Shown here in pieces: positions 15,481-23,166 of a stretch of DNA of 48,485 nt (position 1 is the stretch's first letter; every line of letters begins with the position of its first letter). This stretch comes from a virus. The position numbers were made by a program, and so were the translations under genes. The notes under the pieces were generated by a model, which worked only from the letters and a program-made list of their open reading frames with translations, did not search any database and was not told the origin of the DNA. The stretch spans positions 1 through 48,485 of IMG/VR virus record IMGVR_UViG_3300028048_000011; one strand, 5' to 3'.

Positions 15481-18175
15481 CTTCGTAAACTACGAAGCAG
15501 AGTACCGACCTCACATCAAGAAAGCGGTGGTAGCAGGCGGACACATGACTGGTCTCTGTCCTTTTCACAATGACAGGAATAACAGCTTCTCGGTGGATCT
15601 AAAAACCGGACAATGGCATTGCTTCTCCGAAGAGATCGGCGGAAACTTCCTCGACTTCTACGGAAAGATCCATGGATGCGATACCAAAGAAGCGTATCAG
15701 GAGATCCTGAAGCAATACGGCAAGGATGAAGAAGAGAAACCGGAAGACAAAAGCTACACCTTGGAGCAGTACGCAAAGGATAAGCACCTGCCGAAGAAAT
15801 GGCTCGAAGAGTTCTGCTCACTTACTACAGAAACAGAGCGGAAGACGGGGGTCTCATACATGAAGATCCCGTACTTCGGGGAGGATAGCAAGCCGACAAC
15901 CTTCAGAAAAAGGTATGCGCATAAGGACTTCAGATGGAAATACGGCAGCAAAGGAAAGATAGGGCTGTACGGAGAGTGGCGAATGCCGATGATGCGAAGC
16001 GGAGATAGCCTGATCCTCGTAGAAGGCGAATCAGATACGCAGAGCCTCTGGTATATGGGCCTCGCTGCTCTCGGAGTTCCTGGGGCATCAATGTTCAAAG
16101 TGGATCATGTTCCGATGCTCAAAGACATGAAGAAGTTATACCTTCATCACGAGAAGGACGGCGGCGGCGATACCTTCATCAGGAAGACGCTCGATGGACT
16201 GCGAAGGGGAGGTTTTGAAGGCAAGGTCTTCACCTTCACTTGCGGAGCAAAGGAAGGCTGCAAGGATCCATCGGACTTCCTGATCAAACTGGGAAAAGAC
16301 GAAGCCAGAGAAGAGATCCTGAAGCTCCTGAAATCTGCCAAAGAGGTAGACCTCGATGAACCGGAAGAGATACCCGTAGCGATTAATGGCGCACCGGTGA
16401 ATCTCAGAACGCCTGCATGGTGGAAATACGATGAAACCGGAATCTACAAGATAGATCCGAAGACTTACGAAGAAACAATGGTATGCGGCACGCCTATCCT
16501 TCTCACCAGAAGGATAAAGAGCCTCGATACCGATGAAGAGAAGATGGAAATCGCCTTCATGAGAACAGAGAGAAAAGGCAAGGTATGGAGAACGGCTATC
16601 CTTCCGAGAAGCGTGATCTTCACAACCAAAGGCACGAGCATTCTTTCAGATCTCGGATGCATGGTCACATCAGAGAATGCAAAACCGGTGATCCGGTTCC
16701 TGTCAGCTCTGGAAATCGAAAACGATGACATCATCGACTGGGCGGAAAGTACATCGACATTCGGATGGCAACCGGGAAAGAGATTTATTCCGGGAGTCGG
16801 AGAGGATATCGTCCTCGACATTGACTCGACTCAGGCAAGCGTGGCCGCTGCGTATCACACGAACGGCACCTTCGAAGGATGGAAAGCCACGATGCAGGCT
16901 CACAGAGATAAGAACAAGTTCAGGTTTATACTTGCGGCGGCATTCGCAGCACCGATGCTGAAGATCCTGCACCAGAGAACCTTCTTCGTGTACAACTGGG
17001 GCGATGCCAGAGGCGGAAAGACAGCGGCACTCAAGGCGGCACTTTCAGTCTGGGGAGAGCCGGACGGACTCATGATGAACTTCAATACTACGCAGGTCGG
17101 ACTTGAAAGAACAGCTGCATTCTTCTCAGACCTGCCACTCGGCATAGATGAGAGACAGGCAGCAGGATCCGGACAGTACGCTCAGAGCAAACTGGAAAGC
17201 CTCGTGTACATGATCGGTGAGGGAAAAGGAAAGACCAGAGGTGCGAAGGACGGCGGAGTTCAGAGAGTCAACAGATGGAGAACTATCGCCCTGGCAACAG
17301 GCGAAGAGCCGATCACAACCGGATCATCGCAGACCGGTGTCGGCACCCGTGTTCTTGAAATCTACAGAGGACCATTCGAGACAGAAGCAGAGGCCGGGCA
17401 GATGCATCAGGACTCATCTATAAACTGCGGATGGGCAGGACCTGAGTTCATACGGCACCTGACAGAGGTTCCGGAAGAGACCCTGATCGAGAAGTACAAG
17501 GAGATGGCAGACTATGTGAAGAGCATTGGCAAGGGTAAAGCAGGCAGTCATGTAGCAAGCGTGGCAGTCATCGCATTCGCTGATGCACTGGCAGATGAAT
17601 GGATTTTTGAACAGAAAACCTCGATTTTTGACAAAAATCCGCAAAAAACGGAACAAAAAGTGCAAAAAACGGAACAAATGACGCTGAATACTTCCGCTTT
17701 TACCATTTCACCCGGTTCATGGGTGAAGGCGCAGGAGATGGCTGCAGAAATCATGAAGGAGCAGATGAGCGCAGCTTCGGGAGATGTCAACCAGAACGCA
17801 ACCGACTACCTCGTGGACTGGGTCAACTCGAATCAGCAATACTTCGGAGAAGAAGCCATCGGAGCCTGCCTCGGAATGATGAGCGAAGACGGCAAGGTGG
17901 CATACATCTACGCATCGGCTCTGAACAATGCTCTGAAGAGGGAAGGCTTCAACGAGAGAAAGACGAAGAAGTACCTGGCAGAAAAAGGACTAATCACGGC
18001 CATACCAAGAAAGGACAACAGTGGAGAGACCTACTCAGTAGTGAAATTCTTCAACGGAAAGCATCAGCGATTTGTTGAATTCTTCCTCGACAAGGCAAGC
18101 GATATGGATGAGGAAGACGAAAATGGTTTCATGCCACTACCTGCAGGAGCGGAGGATGAGCTGCCATTCAAGTAA
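15440..18175 (+). CDS. Bifunctional primase-helicase (CHC2 zinc finger, Toprim, DUF927-like P-loop NTPase)
   Basis: The zinc finger is CPFHNDRNNSFSV...WHCF, Toprim is LILVEGESDTQSLW, and the P-loop is WGDARGGKTAALKA. Confidence 0.9.
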   Translation: MKGMRNGSEPNIDDFVNYEAEYRPHIKKAVVAGGHMTGLCPFHNDRNNSFSVDLKTGQWHCFSEEIGGNFLDFYGKIHGCDTKEAYQEILKQYGKDEEEKPEDKSYTLEQYAKDKHLPKKWLEEFCSLTTETERKTGVSYMKIPYFGEDSKPTTFRKRYAHKDFRWKYGSKGKIGLYGEWRMPMMRSGDSLILVEGESDTQSLWYMGLAALGVPGASMFKVDHVPMLKDMKKLYLHHEKDGGGDTFIRKTLDGLRRGGFEGKVFTFTCGAKEGCKDPSDFLIKLGKDEAREEILKLLKSAKEVDLDEPEEIPVAINGAPVNLRTPAWWKYDETGIYKIDPKTYEETMVCGTPILLTRRIKSLDTDEEKMEIAFMRTERKGKVWRTAILPRSVIFTTKGTSILSDLGCMVTSENAKPVIRFLSALEIENDDIIDWAESTSTFGWQPGKRFIPGVGEDIVLDIDSTQASVAAAYHTNGTFEGWKATMQAHRDKNKFRFILAAAFAAPMLKILHQRTFFVYNWGDARGGKTAALKAALSVWGEPDGLMMNFNTTQVGLERTAAFFSDLPLGIDERQAAGSGQYAQSKLESLVYMIGEGKGKTRGAKDGGVQRVNRWRTIALATGEEPITTGSSQTGVGTRVLEIYRGPFETEAEAGQMHQDSSINCGWAGPEFIRHLTEVPEETLIEKYKEMADYVKSIGKGKAGSHVASVAVIAFADALADEWIFEQKTSIFDKNPQKTEQKVQKTEQMTLNTSAFTISPGSWVKAQEMAAEIMKEQMSAASGDVNQNATDYLVDWVNSNQQYFGEEAIGACLGMMSEDGKVAYIYASALNNALKREGFNERKTKKYLAEKGLITAIPRKDNSGETYSVVKFFNGKHQRFVEFFLDKASDMDEEDENGFMPLPAGAEDELPFK
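17601..17680. repeat. AT-rich repeat patch inside the primase-helicase gene
   Basis: It holds an inverted repeat (GGATTTTTG 17601-09 / CAAAAATCC 17632-40), a direct repeat (GATTTTTGA at 17602 and 17623), and a 17-nt tandem repeat (GCAAAAAACGGAACAAA at 17641 and 17662, period 21). Confidence 0.8.
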
Positions 18176-18195
18176 GAGAAGGAGGTCACAACCCT

Positions 18196-18834
18196 ATGAA
18201 AAGACCAAAGCTGATACACTGCTCCTTCGATGAGGTCTACGACTTCGAACCACGAGTGCCAAAGAGCCGGAGTGAGTACGAGGATGACCAGATCAAAAGG
18301 ATCTGCGTATCACCAACCATCAGACAATGCATAGATGCAATACCGAGAGCCGGAAACATAATGCGGTTCATGAGAGAAGTCGGGATGCCAGTCGTGATCC
18401 ACGCATACTACCTCGAAGCGAATCGGGTCGAATACGACACCACGGAATATGTTCCAGACGCAGATGCGACCGGGGAAATGTGGGTACTGGAGAAACCAAC
18501 AGACTGGAAAAGGATAGACTACGAACTGACCTGCTTCTCGCTAAAGGACGGAAAAGACAGAAACGGAGCAGACATCACATGGGTGTACGGAGTGTGGCCA
18601 GTACGGCACAAGTACACAGACAACCTCCGGGAACTGATAGAAGGGATGGGCGAGGATTATGACGATTTCAGGAGACAATGCCCGGATCTGACATTCAGAC
18701 TGATAGCCGGAAACCTCGGAGATGACCTGATAAAGGAATTCAGAGAGCGGAGGGAAAAAGTCACGAAAAAGCGACTCTATGAGAACCTCGAAAGAAGAGT
18801 GGCGGCGTACCGGGAGAAGGAGGCGGTGAAATGA
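18196..18834 (+). CDS. Hypothetical protein (212 aa)
   Basis: The upstream sequence is RBS AAGGAGG, then CACAACCC, then ATG. Confidence 0.7.
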   Translation: MKRPKLIHCSFDEVYDFEPRVPKSRSEYEDDQIKRICVSPTIRQCIDAIPRAGNIMRFMREVGMPVVIHAYYLEANRVEYDTTEYVPDADATGEMWVLEKPTDWKRIDYELTCFSLKDGKDRNGADITWVYGVWPVRHKYTDNLRELIEGMGEDYDDFRRQCPDLTFRLIAGNLGDDLIKEFRERREKVTKKRLYENLERRVAAYREKEAVK

Positions 18835-19109
18835 GCATGATGAGCATAGACGAATGCATCAAATTTGTAGAGGATATGTGGAGGTTCGGAGAGGCTCCGG
18901 GACCAGAAGAGCCATATCTCACAACAAATTTATACCTGAAAGAGCTGCAAAATATCAAGAAGACCCGTGATAAGGACACAGTCGGGGAGATAGCGGAGAA
19001 GATCTGCTCCTCATACTGCAAGTACCCGGATATCTGGGATGAGGAAAAGGAAGGAAAGCCACTCATGGACTCCGACATCTGCATGAACTGTCCACTGAAT
19101 GATTTATAG
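18831..19109 (+). CDS. Hypothetical protein (92 aa)
   Basis: It has an ATGA start/stop overlap with the upstream gene. Confidence 0.65.
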   Translation: MSMMSIDECIKFVEDMWRFGEAPGPEEPYLTTNLYLKELQNIKKTRDKDTVGEIAEKICSSYCKYPDIWDEEKEGKPLMDSDICMNCPLNDL

Positions 19110-19121
19110 GAGGGTTCAAAG

Positions 19122-19511
19122 ATGAAGGTAGTCATGATATCAGAAGACCAGAGAAGGATCCTTCTGGAAAATGGATGCCTGCTCATTTCAGGCAATGGAG
19201 CGTTTGATATTGGAAAGCTGAATATAGAGAGGGAAAAGAAGATGACTCATAACATCAAAATCAAGAAGACATTCGTGGAGCCAATCCTGAAGGGAGAGAA
19301 GACCTTCGAAATCAGGAAGAATGACCGAGGCTACCAAAAGGGAGACCGTATCCGCTTCACAGTGGTGGACGCTTCACTATTTGAGAGCCAGAAGGAGCAG
19401 GCCTATAGGCAGGCGATAGAGCAGAGGGTCTACGAGATAACCTATGTCCTCAATGGGTGGGGATTAGAGCCGGACTTCGTAGCCTTCGGAATCAGGGAGG
19501 TGGGATATTGA
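19122..19511 (+). CDS. DUF3850 (ASCH/PUA-like) domain protein
   Basis: The sequence contains HNIKIKKTFVEPILKGEKTFEIRKNDRGYQKGDRIRF. ATG 19242 is an alternative start. Confidence 0.75.
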   Translation: MKVVMISEDQRRILLENGCLLISGNGAFDIGKLNIEREKKMTHNIKIKKTFVEPILKGEKTFEIRKNDRGYQKGDRIRFTVVDASLFESQKEQAYRQAIEQRVYEITYVLNGWGLEPDFVAFGIREVGY

Positions 19512-19930
19512 AATACCCGGAATCAATGTACATCGGCAGCGGCATCTTCGGGGATGACATGGACACCCACATGGAGCATCACCACGAGAAGGTGGTCAAG
19601 GTCAGGAAAAGCCACACCTGCTCCTACTGCCAGAAGGAGATCCCGAAGGGAGAATATGCCGTAAATGAGTCGGCGGTCTTTCCATACGAGGGAGGATGGA
19701 AGTCCTGCTATATCTGCGAGGACTGCATCAACAAATGGCTCGAAGAGACCATAGCAAAACTGGATGAGTGCCCATTCTGCGGAGGAGAAGCAACCATTCA
19801 GGATAACAATTTCGGATTTCCTCACTGGGTCTACTGCACGAAATGTGGAGCGAGGATCCACGGCGGCCTGAAGGAATCTGAAGAAGCAAGCGTGATGGCT
19901 TCAATCGAAGCCTGGAACAGGAGGGTATGA
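19508..19930 (+). CDS. Zinc-ribbon protein with a C-terminal Lar-family restriction-alleviation-like domain
   Basis: The C-terminus is CPFCGGEATIQ...WVYCTKCGARI...ASIEAWNRR. The N-terminal half has CSYC...CEDC. The TTG start at 19508 follows GGAGGTG. ATG 19526 is an alternative start. Confidence 0.6.
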   Translation: MKYPESMYIGSGIFGDDMDTHMEHHHEKVVKVRKSHTCSYCQKEIPKGEYAVNESAVFPYEGGWKSCYICEDCINKWLEETIAKLDECPFCGGEATIQDNNFGFPHWVYCTKCGARIHGGLKESEEASVMASIEAWNRRV

Positions 19931-20271
19931 TGGAAAAACTGGGAAGAGATCTCGCAAGGGCATACATGGCGGCCTATAACGAAGCCATGAACCAGACTTT
20001 CAGACCGGACTTTGCAGGACAGGTGGCAATGATGGTCACGATAGCGATAGCGAACCGGCCGCAGCAGCAACAGCCGGAGAATACGATGGCAGGTCAGATC
20101 TTCAGGATGGTTCTGCAGAACCACGCAAAGGAGAAGCAGGATCCTCCGAAGCAGACAGATCCGGCTCCGAAGCCTGCGAAGAAACCTCAGAAGCGGACTC
20201 CGAAGAAGGATCCGAAAAAGGATCCGAAAAAGGATCAGGATCCGAAGAAGGATGGTGATCAGGATGAATAG
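19927..20271 (+). CDS. Hypothetical protein with a Lys/Pro/Asp-rich tail
   Basis: The RBS is AGGAGGG. The C-terminus is KKDPKKDPKKDQDPKKDGDQDE. Confidence 0.6.
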   Translation: MMEKLGRDLARAYMAAYNEAMNQTFRPDFAGQVAMMVTIAIANRPQQQQPENTMAGQIFRMVLQNHAKEKQDPPKQTDPAPKPAKKPQKRTPKKDPKKDPKKDQDPKKDGDQDE

Positions 20272-20467
20272 GGAATCATCTTTCGGGATGCCATCCAAGA
20301 GGTACGGCCGGGATACCAAGTGCGGCAACTGTGCGAACCACAGGCGAGGGGATAGCCGGGACGGAGGGTGGATCTGCACCTGCGACACGAGCGACTACTT
20401 CCTCGAAGAGACAGATTATAACTTCGGATGCATTCATCACGAACCAAGAGCTGAAAAGCGATTTTAA
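20252..20467 (+). CDS. Small Cys-rich protein, last gene of the early block
   Basis: It contains CGNC...CTC...C. ATG 20264 is an alternative start. Confidence 0.5.
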   Translation: MVIRMNRESSFGMPSKRYGRDTKCGNCANHRRGDSRDGGWICTCDTSDYFLEETDYNFGCIHHEPRAEKRF

Positions 20468-20772
20468 CTTAACACCTTTTTTCAAAATTTAACACCTATT
20501 TTCAAAAGGTGTTAAGTAAGGTGTTAAGTAAAAAATCCAATAAAATCAAGGCTTTAGCCTACTACTTAACACTTATTACACCTTTTTTATGAATATACCC
20601 TCGCATGAGGAAATGAAACATTTTACAAATTGCATCGTAACGATAAAAAAGACGGTGTGTATCTGAAAAAAGGTGTTAAGGTGTAACATTTGCCATCAAA
20701 GCCAGTAAAATCAAGGCTTTCACACTTAACACCTTTCACGAATCAAAGGTGTAACGCAAAGGGAGGTGTAAC
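20468..20772. promoter_or_regulatory. AT-rich intergenic region packed with 9-mer iterons
   Basis: TTAACACCT occurs at 20469, 20489 and 20727. Its reverse complement AGGTGTTAA occurs at 20507, 20519 and 20671. AGGTGTAAC occurs at 20679, 20747 and 20764. Variants lie at 20566 and 20576. In addition, a 15-nt direct repeat (TAAAATCAAGGCTTT) occurs at 20541 and 20706. Confidence 0.8.
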
Positions 20773-21375
20773 ATGGAGGACTACTACAACAGACTGGTGG
20801 AAAACCTCGGAAAACTGCAGAGAAATGAGTCTCAAATGACCGAAGAGCAGAAGGTGAAGTACAAAAAGCCGCTCATGAAACTGAAGAACGAGATCGCAGA
20901 CGATGCAACCAGAGTAGCGAGGGAGTTCGTACTCATGGGAATGAAACACGCAGATGATACCGACTCACCGGAATGGGAAAAGGTGATCAGCGAGACCAAG
21001 AGGCTGATAGATGAGTGGAAATCCCAGGGCGGAATCAAGAAGGCGAGTAAGATCCTGTTCGATACATATGATCTGGATGCTTTTTTCACTGCTCTCTGCC
21101 CGATTCACACAACGATCTGGTTCAAGGCCTACGGCGGATACTGGCTGAAGCATATCTCCGAGACCGGCGAGAAGGAATATCCGTACTACAACGATCTTCT
21201 CGATATGCACTGGTGGGAGGAATGCAACGAATGGGCGAAGACGAAGATCGATGGCGGAAAAAGAGTCACGGACTACTTCGGCGGAGTGACGATCATGCTG
21301 CCACCTACCCAGGAACGCATCGACCGGGAATACAAAAGGGAGATGGAGAGCTATGAGGGGCGGAAGAAACGCTGA
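20773..21375 (+). CDS. Hypothetical protein (200 aa)
   Basis: The RBS is GGGAGGTG. It is the first gene after the iteron region. Confidence 0.7.
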   Translation: MEDYYNRLVENLGKLQRNESQMTEEQKVKYKKPLMKLKNEIADDATRVAREFVLMGMKHADDTDSPEWEKVISETKRLIDEWKSQGGIKKASKILFDTYDLDAFFTALCPIHTTIWFKAYGGYWLKHISETGEKEYPYYNDLLDMHWWEECNEWAKTKIDGGKRVTDYFGGVTIMLPPTQERIDREYKREMESYEGRKKR

Positions 21376-21592
21376 AGGGTTCCCGGATCCGACAGCAACG
21401 ATAGCAATCGGAAATGTAACAAGGGAGGAAAGAAGAAATGCTCGAAAATTACGACAAGAACATGAACCCGAAAGAGGTCATAGAATCAATTCAAAGAAAA
21501 TACGGATGCCAGAAGAAAGAGGCTCTCTCAATCCTGCGAAAAGAGATCCCGAAAGAGAAATACTTCCAGGAGAAGATCCTGAAGGCGATTAA
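21353..21592 (+). CDS. Possible small protein (true length uncertain) overlapping the VRR-NUC gene start
   Basis: The N-terminus MRGGRNAEGFPDPTATIAIGNVTREERR resembles a DPTA..AI.NV.REE motif I recall from small Firmicutes-phage proteins. The remainder looks like off-frame sequence. Confidence 0.3.
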   Translation: MRGGRNAEGFPDPTATIAIGNVTREERRNARKLRQEHEPERGHRINSKKIRMPEERGSLNPAKRDPEREILPGEDPEGD

Positions 21593-21848
21593 AAGAGCAT
21601 ACCCGGAGGCTTATGTGCAGAAAATCACCCTCGGATATTACTCGCAAAGAGGTCTGCCGGACATTTTGGCAATCATTGACGGTCACTACTTCGGATTTGA
21701 AGTGAAAAGACCAATCGTGGGCAGCTTATCAGCTATTCAGGGAAGAACCAGAGACGATATCAGGAAGGCCGGAGGAACGGCGGAGGTTATATCGTACCCG
21801 GAAGAGGCTCTGGCCGCAATCAAAGAATACTTTGCATGGGAGGAATGA
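21438..21848 (+). CDS. VRR-NUC domain nuclease
   Basis: The sequence contains RGLPDILAIIDGHYFGFEVKRP. The RBS is GGGAGGAA. Confidence 0.8.
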   Translation: MLENYDKNMNPKEVIESIQRKYGCQKKEALSILRKEIPKEKYFQEKILKAIKRAYPEAYVQKITLGYYSQRGLPDILAIIDGHYFGFEVKRPIVGSLSAIQGRTRDDIRKAGGTAEVISYPEEALAAIKEYFAWEE

Positions 21849-21852
21849 AAAG

Positions 21853-22428
21853 ATGGAAAGAGAAGACGCAAAGGACATTTTGATCTGGATGCTCAACCAG
21901 GTAAAGAGAGCAGAGATCCACAAGAAGGAACTCACGGAGCGCCTGATGAGGATCAATGCCGAAAGAGAAAACCCGATCGGCTCTCCCGGATACGATCCGA
22001 TGCCTCGATCTTCAGGAAAAGGAGACGGAGCAGCCTCGATCCTTTTCAAACTGGCAGATATCGAAGACCGAATCTACGAGCAGAGAACGGAGATCGAAAA
22101 TTCATATGTCAGGGTCATGGATATCATCGACTTTATACCGCAGGCGGAAACGGCAAGGCGGATCTTCGAACTTCGGCATCTGGACTGCCTCGGTTTTCAG
22201 GATGTCGCAGACGCAATCCCGATGAGTAGATCAAGGGTATACGACATCTACAATGAGACACTGGACAAGCTGCTCGATTTTCCGAAGATCTCCAAGATGG
22301 TAGATGAGAATGAAAAGGACTACCTGCAGTGGTACATGGACAGGGAAGAGCGCAGGCGCAAGGCTGAAAAATCAAGTGGGGGTCATAAATCCCAAAACCG
22401 AAATCGAAAAAAGAAATGGAAAAAATAA
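21853..22428 (+). CDS. Late transcription regulator, sigma-70 region-4-like (DUF1492/ArpU-RinA class)
   Basis: The sequence ARRIFELRHLDCLGFQDVADAIPMSRSRVYDIYNETLDKL is an r4-type HTH. I chose the start at 21853, 7 nt after GGGAGGAA (track start 21832). Confidence 0.7.
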   Translation: MEREDAKDILIWMLNQVKRAEIHKKELTERLMRINAERENPIGSPGYDPMPRSSGKGDGAASILFKLADIEDRIYEQRTEIENSYVRVMDIIDFIPQAETARRIFELRHLDCLGFQDVADAIPMSRSRVYDIYNETLDKLLDFPKISKMVDENEKDYLQWYMDREERRRKAEKSSGGHKSQNRNRKKKWKK

Positions 22429-22959
22429 AAGCCGATTTTGAAAAGGAACATCGGGAAATCAAGTCGGGATTTGCAATTAGGATTTTGAAAAAGCGCATCC
22501 CAAAATCAAGGGGATCATAAAAACCGGGATGCCGGGTGGAAAATACCCTGATTATTTCAGGGTCAAAAACCAAGGTCAGGGGTATGGCACAGGAATACAA
22601 CCCCCAAATAAGGGGGCAATACAGACCTTAAAAATCAGGTGGGATATAAGGACCCATATACAGAAGCAGAAAACAGGGCAAGGAAATAGACCCCACCACA
22701 GGGGCATAATACAGAGGGGGTATAGCCAGAGCATACACGCAGGGGAATACACCACGCACTCCACGCAGGAGAGAGAAGAGAGAAGAACAAAGAAGAGAAC
22801 AAAGCGAACAAACAAGAGAGAAGAGACAAGGCTCGAAGCCTCTCATAGCAAGGCTTCAGAGGACATGATGAAACATCGGACACAATCGGACAAAAGGATG
22901 TGTTAAGATGATAGCGTGGAGAATTAAAGAAGAGAACAATCGCCCATGGTAGGGCGTAC

Positions 22960-22988
22960 AGAGCGGCGGAAATGTCGCTCTTTCTTTA
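22960..22988 (+). terminator. Candidate rho-independent terminator within the late leader
   Basis: AGAGCG-gcggaaatgt-CGCTCT is followed by TTCTTTAT. Confidence 0.45.
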
Positions 22989-23166
22989 TGCACATAGATC
23001 CGGGGGAAGATGTGGATAACTCGGTGGGGCGGTCGGTCGATCCGTAGGTACTACCTGACGGGGGACGGCCTGCGGGTCCGAGGAAAGTCCGACTTTTAAC
23101 CGGATATGAGATAATTTTTTTCGCCGGTTTCGTTACGAAGGCGGCCATAGATAGGAGGTGTAGACG

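Noticed and set aside
22529-22906. A plus-strand 125-aa ORF, plus three minus-strand ORFs (22576-22883), in the purine-rich gap.
   Set aside because: Their translations are low-complexity (K/R/E/T/Q-rich on the plus strand, S/L/F/C-rich on the minus strand). They have no convincing RBS, and several mutually overlapping frames are open. That pattern is typical of compositionally biased non-coding DNA.
23080-23091. GAGGAAAGTCCG, identical to the conserved CR-I core of bacterial RNase P RNA.
   Set aside because: Only this 12-mer matches. The flanks cannot be folded into P1-P4 or the other conserved regions, and the available non-coding space is too short and is shared with the terS RBS. It is probably a chance match.
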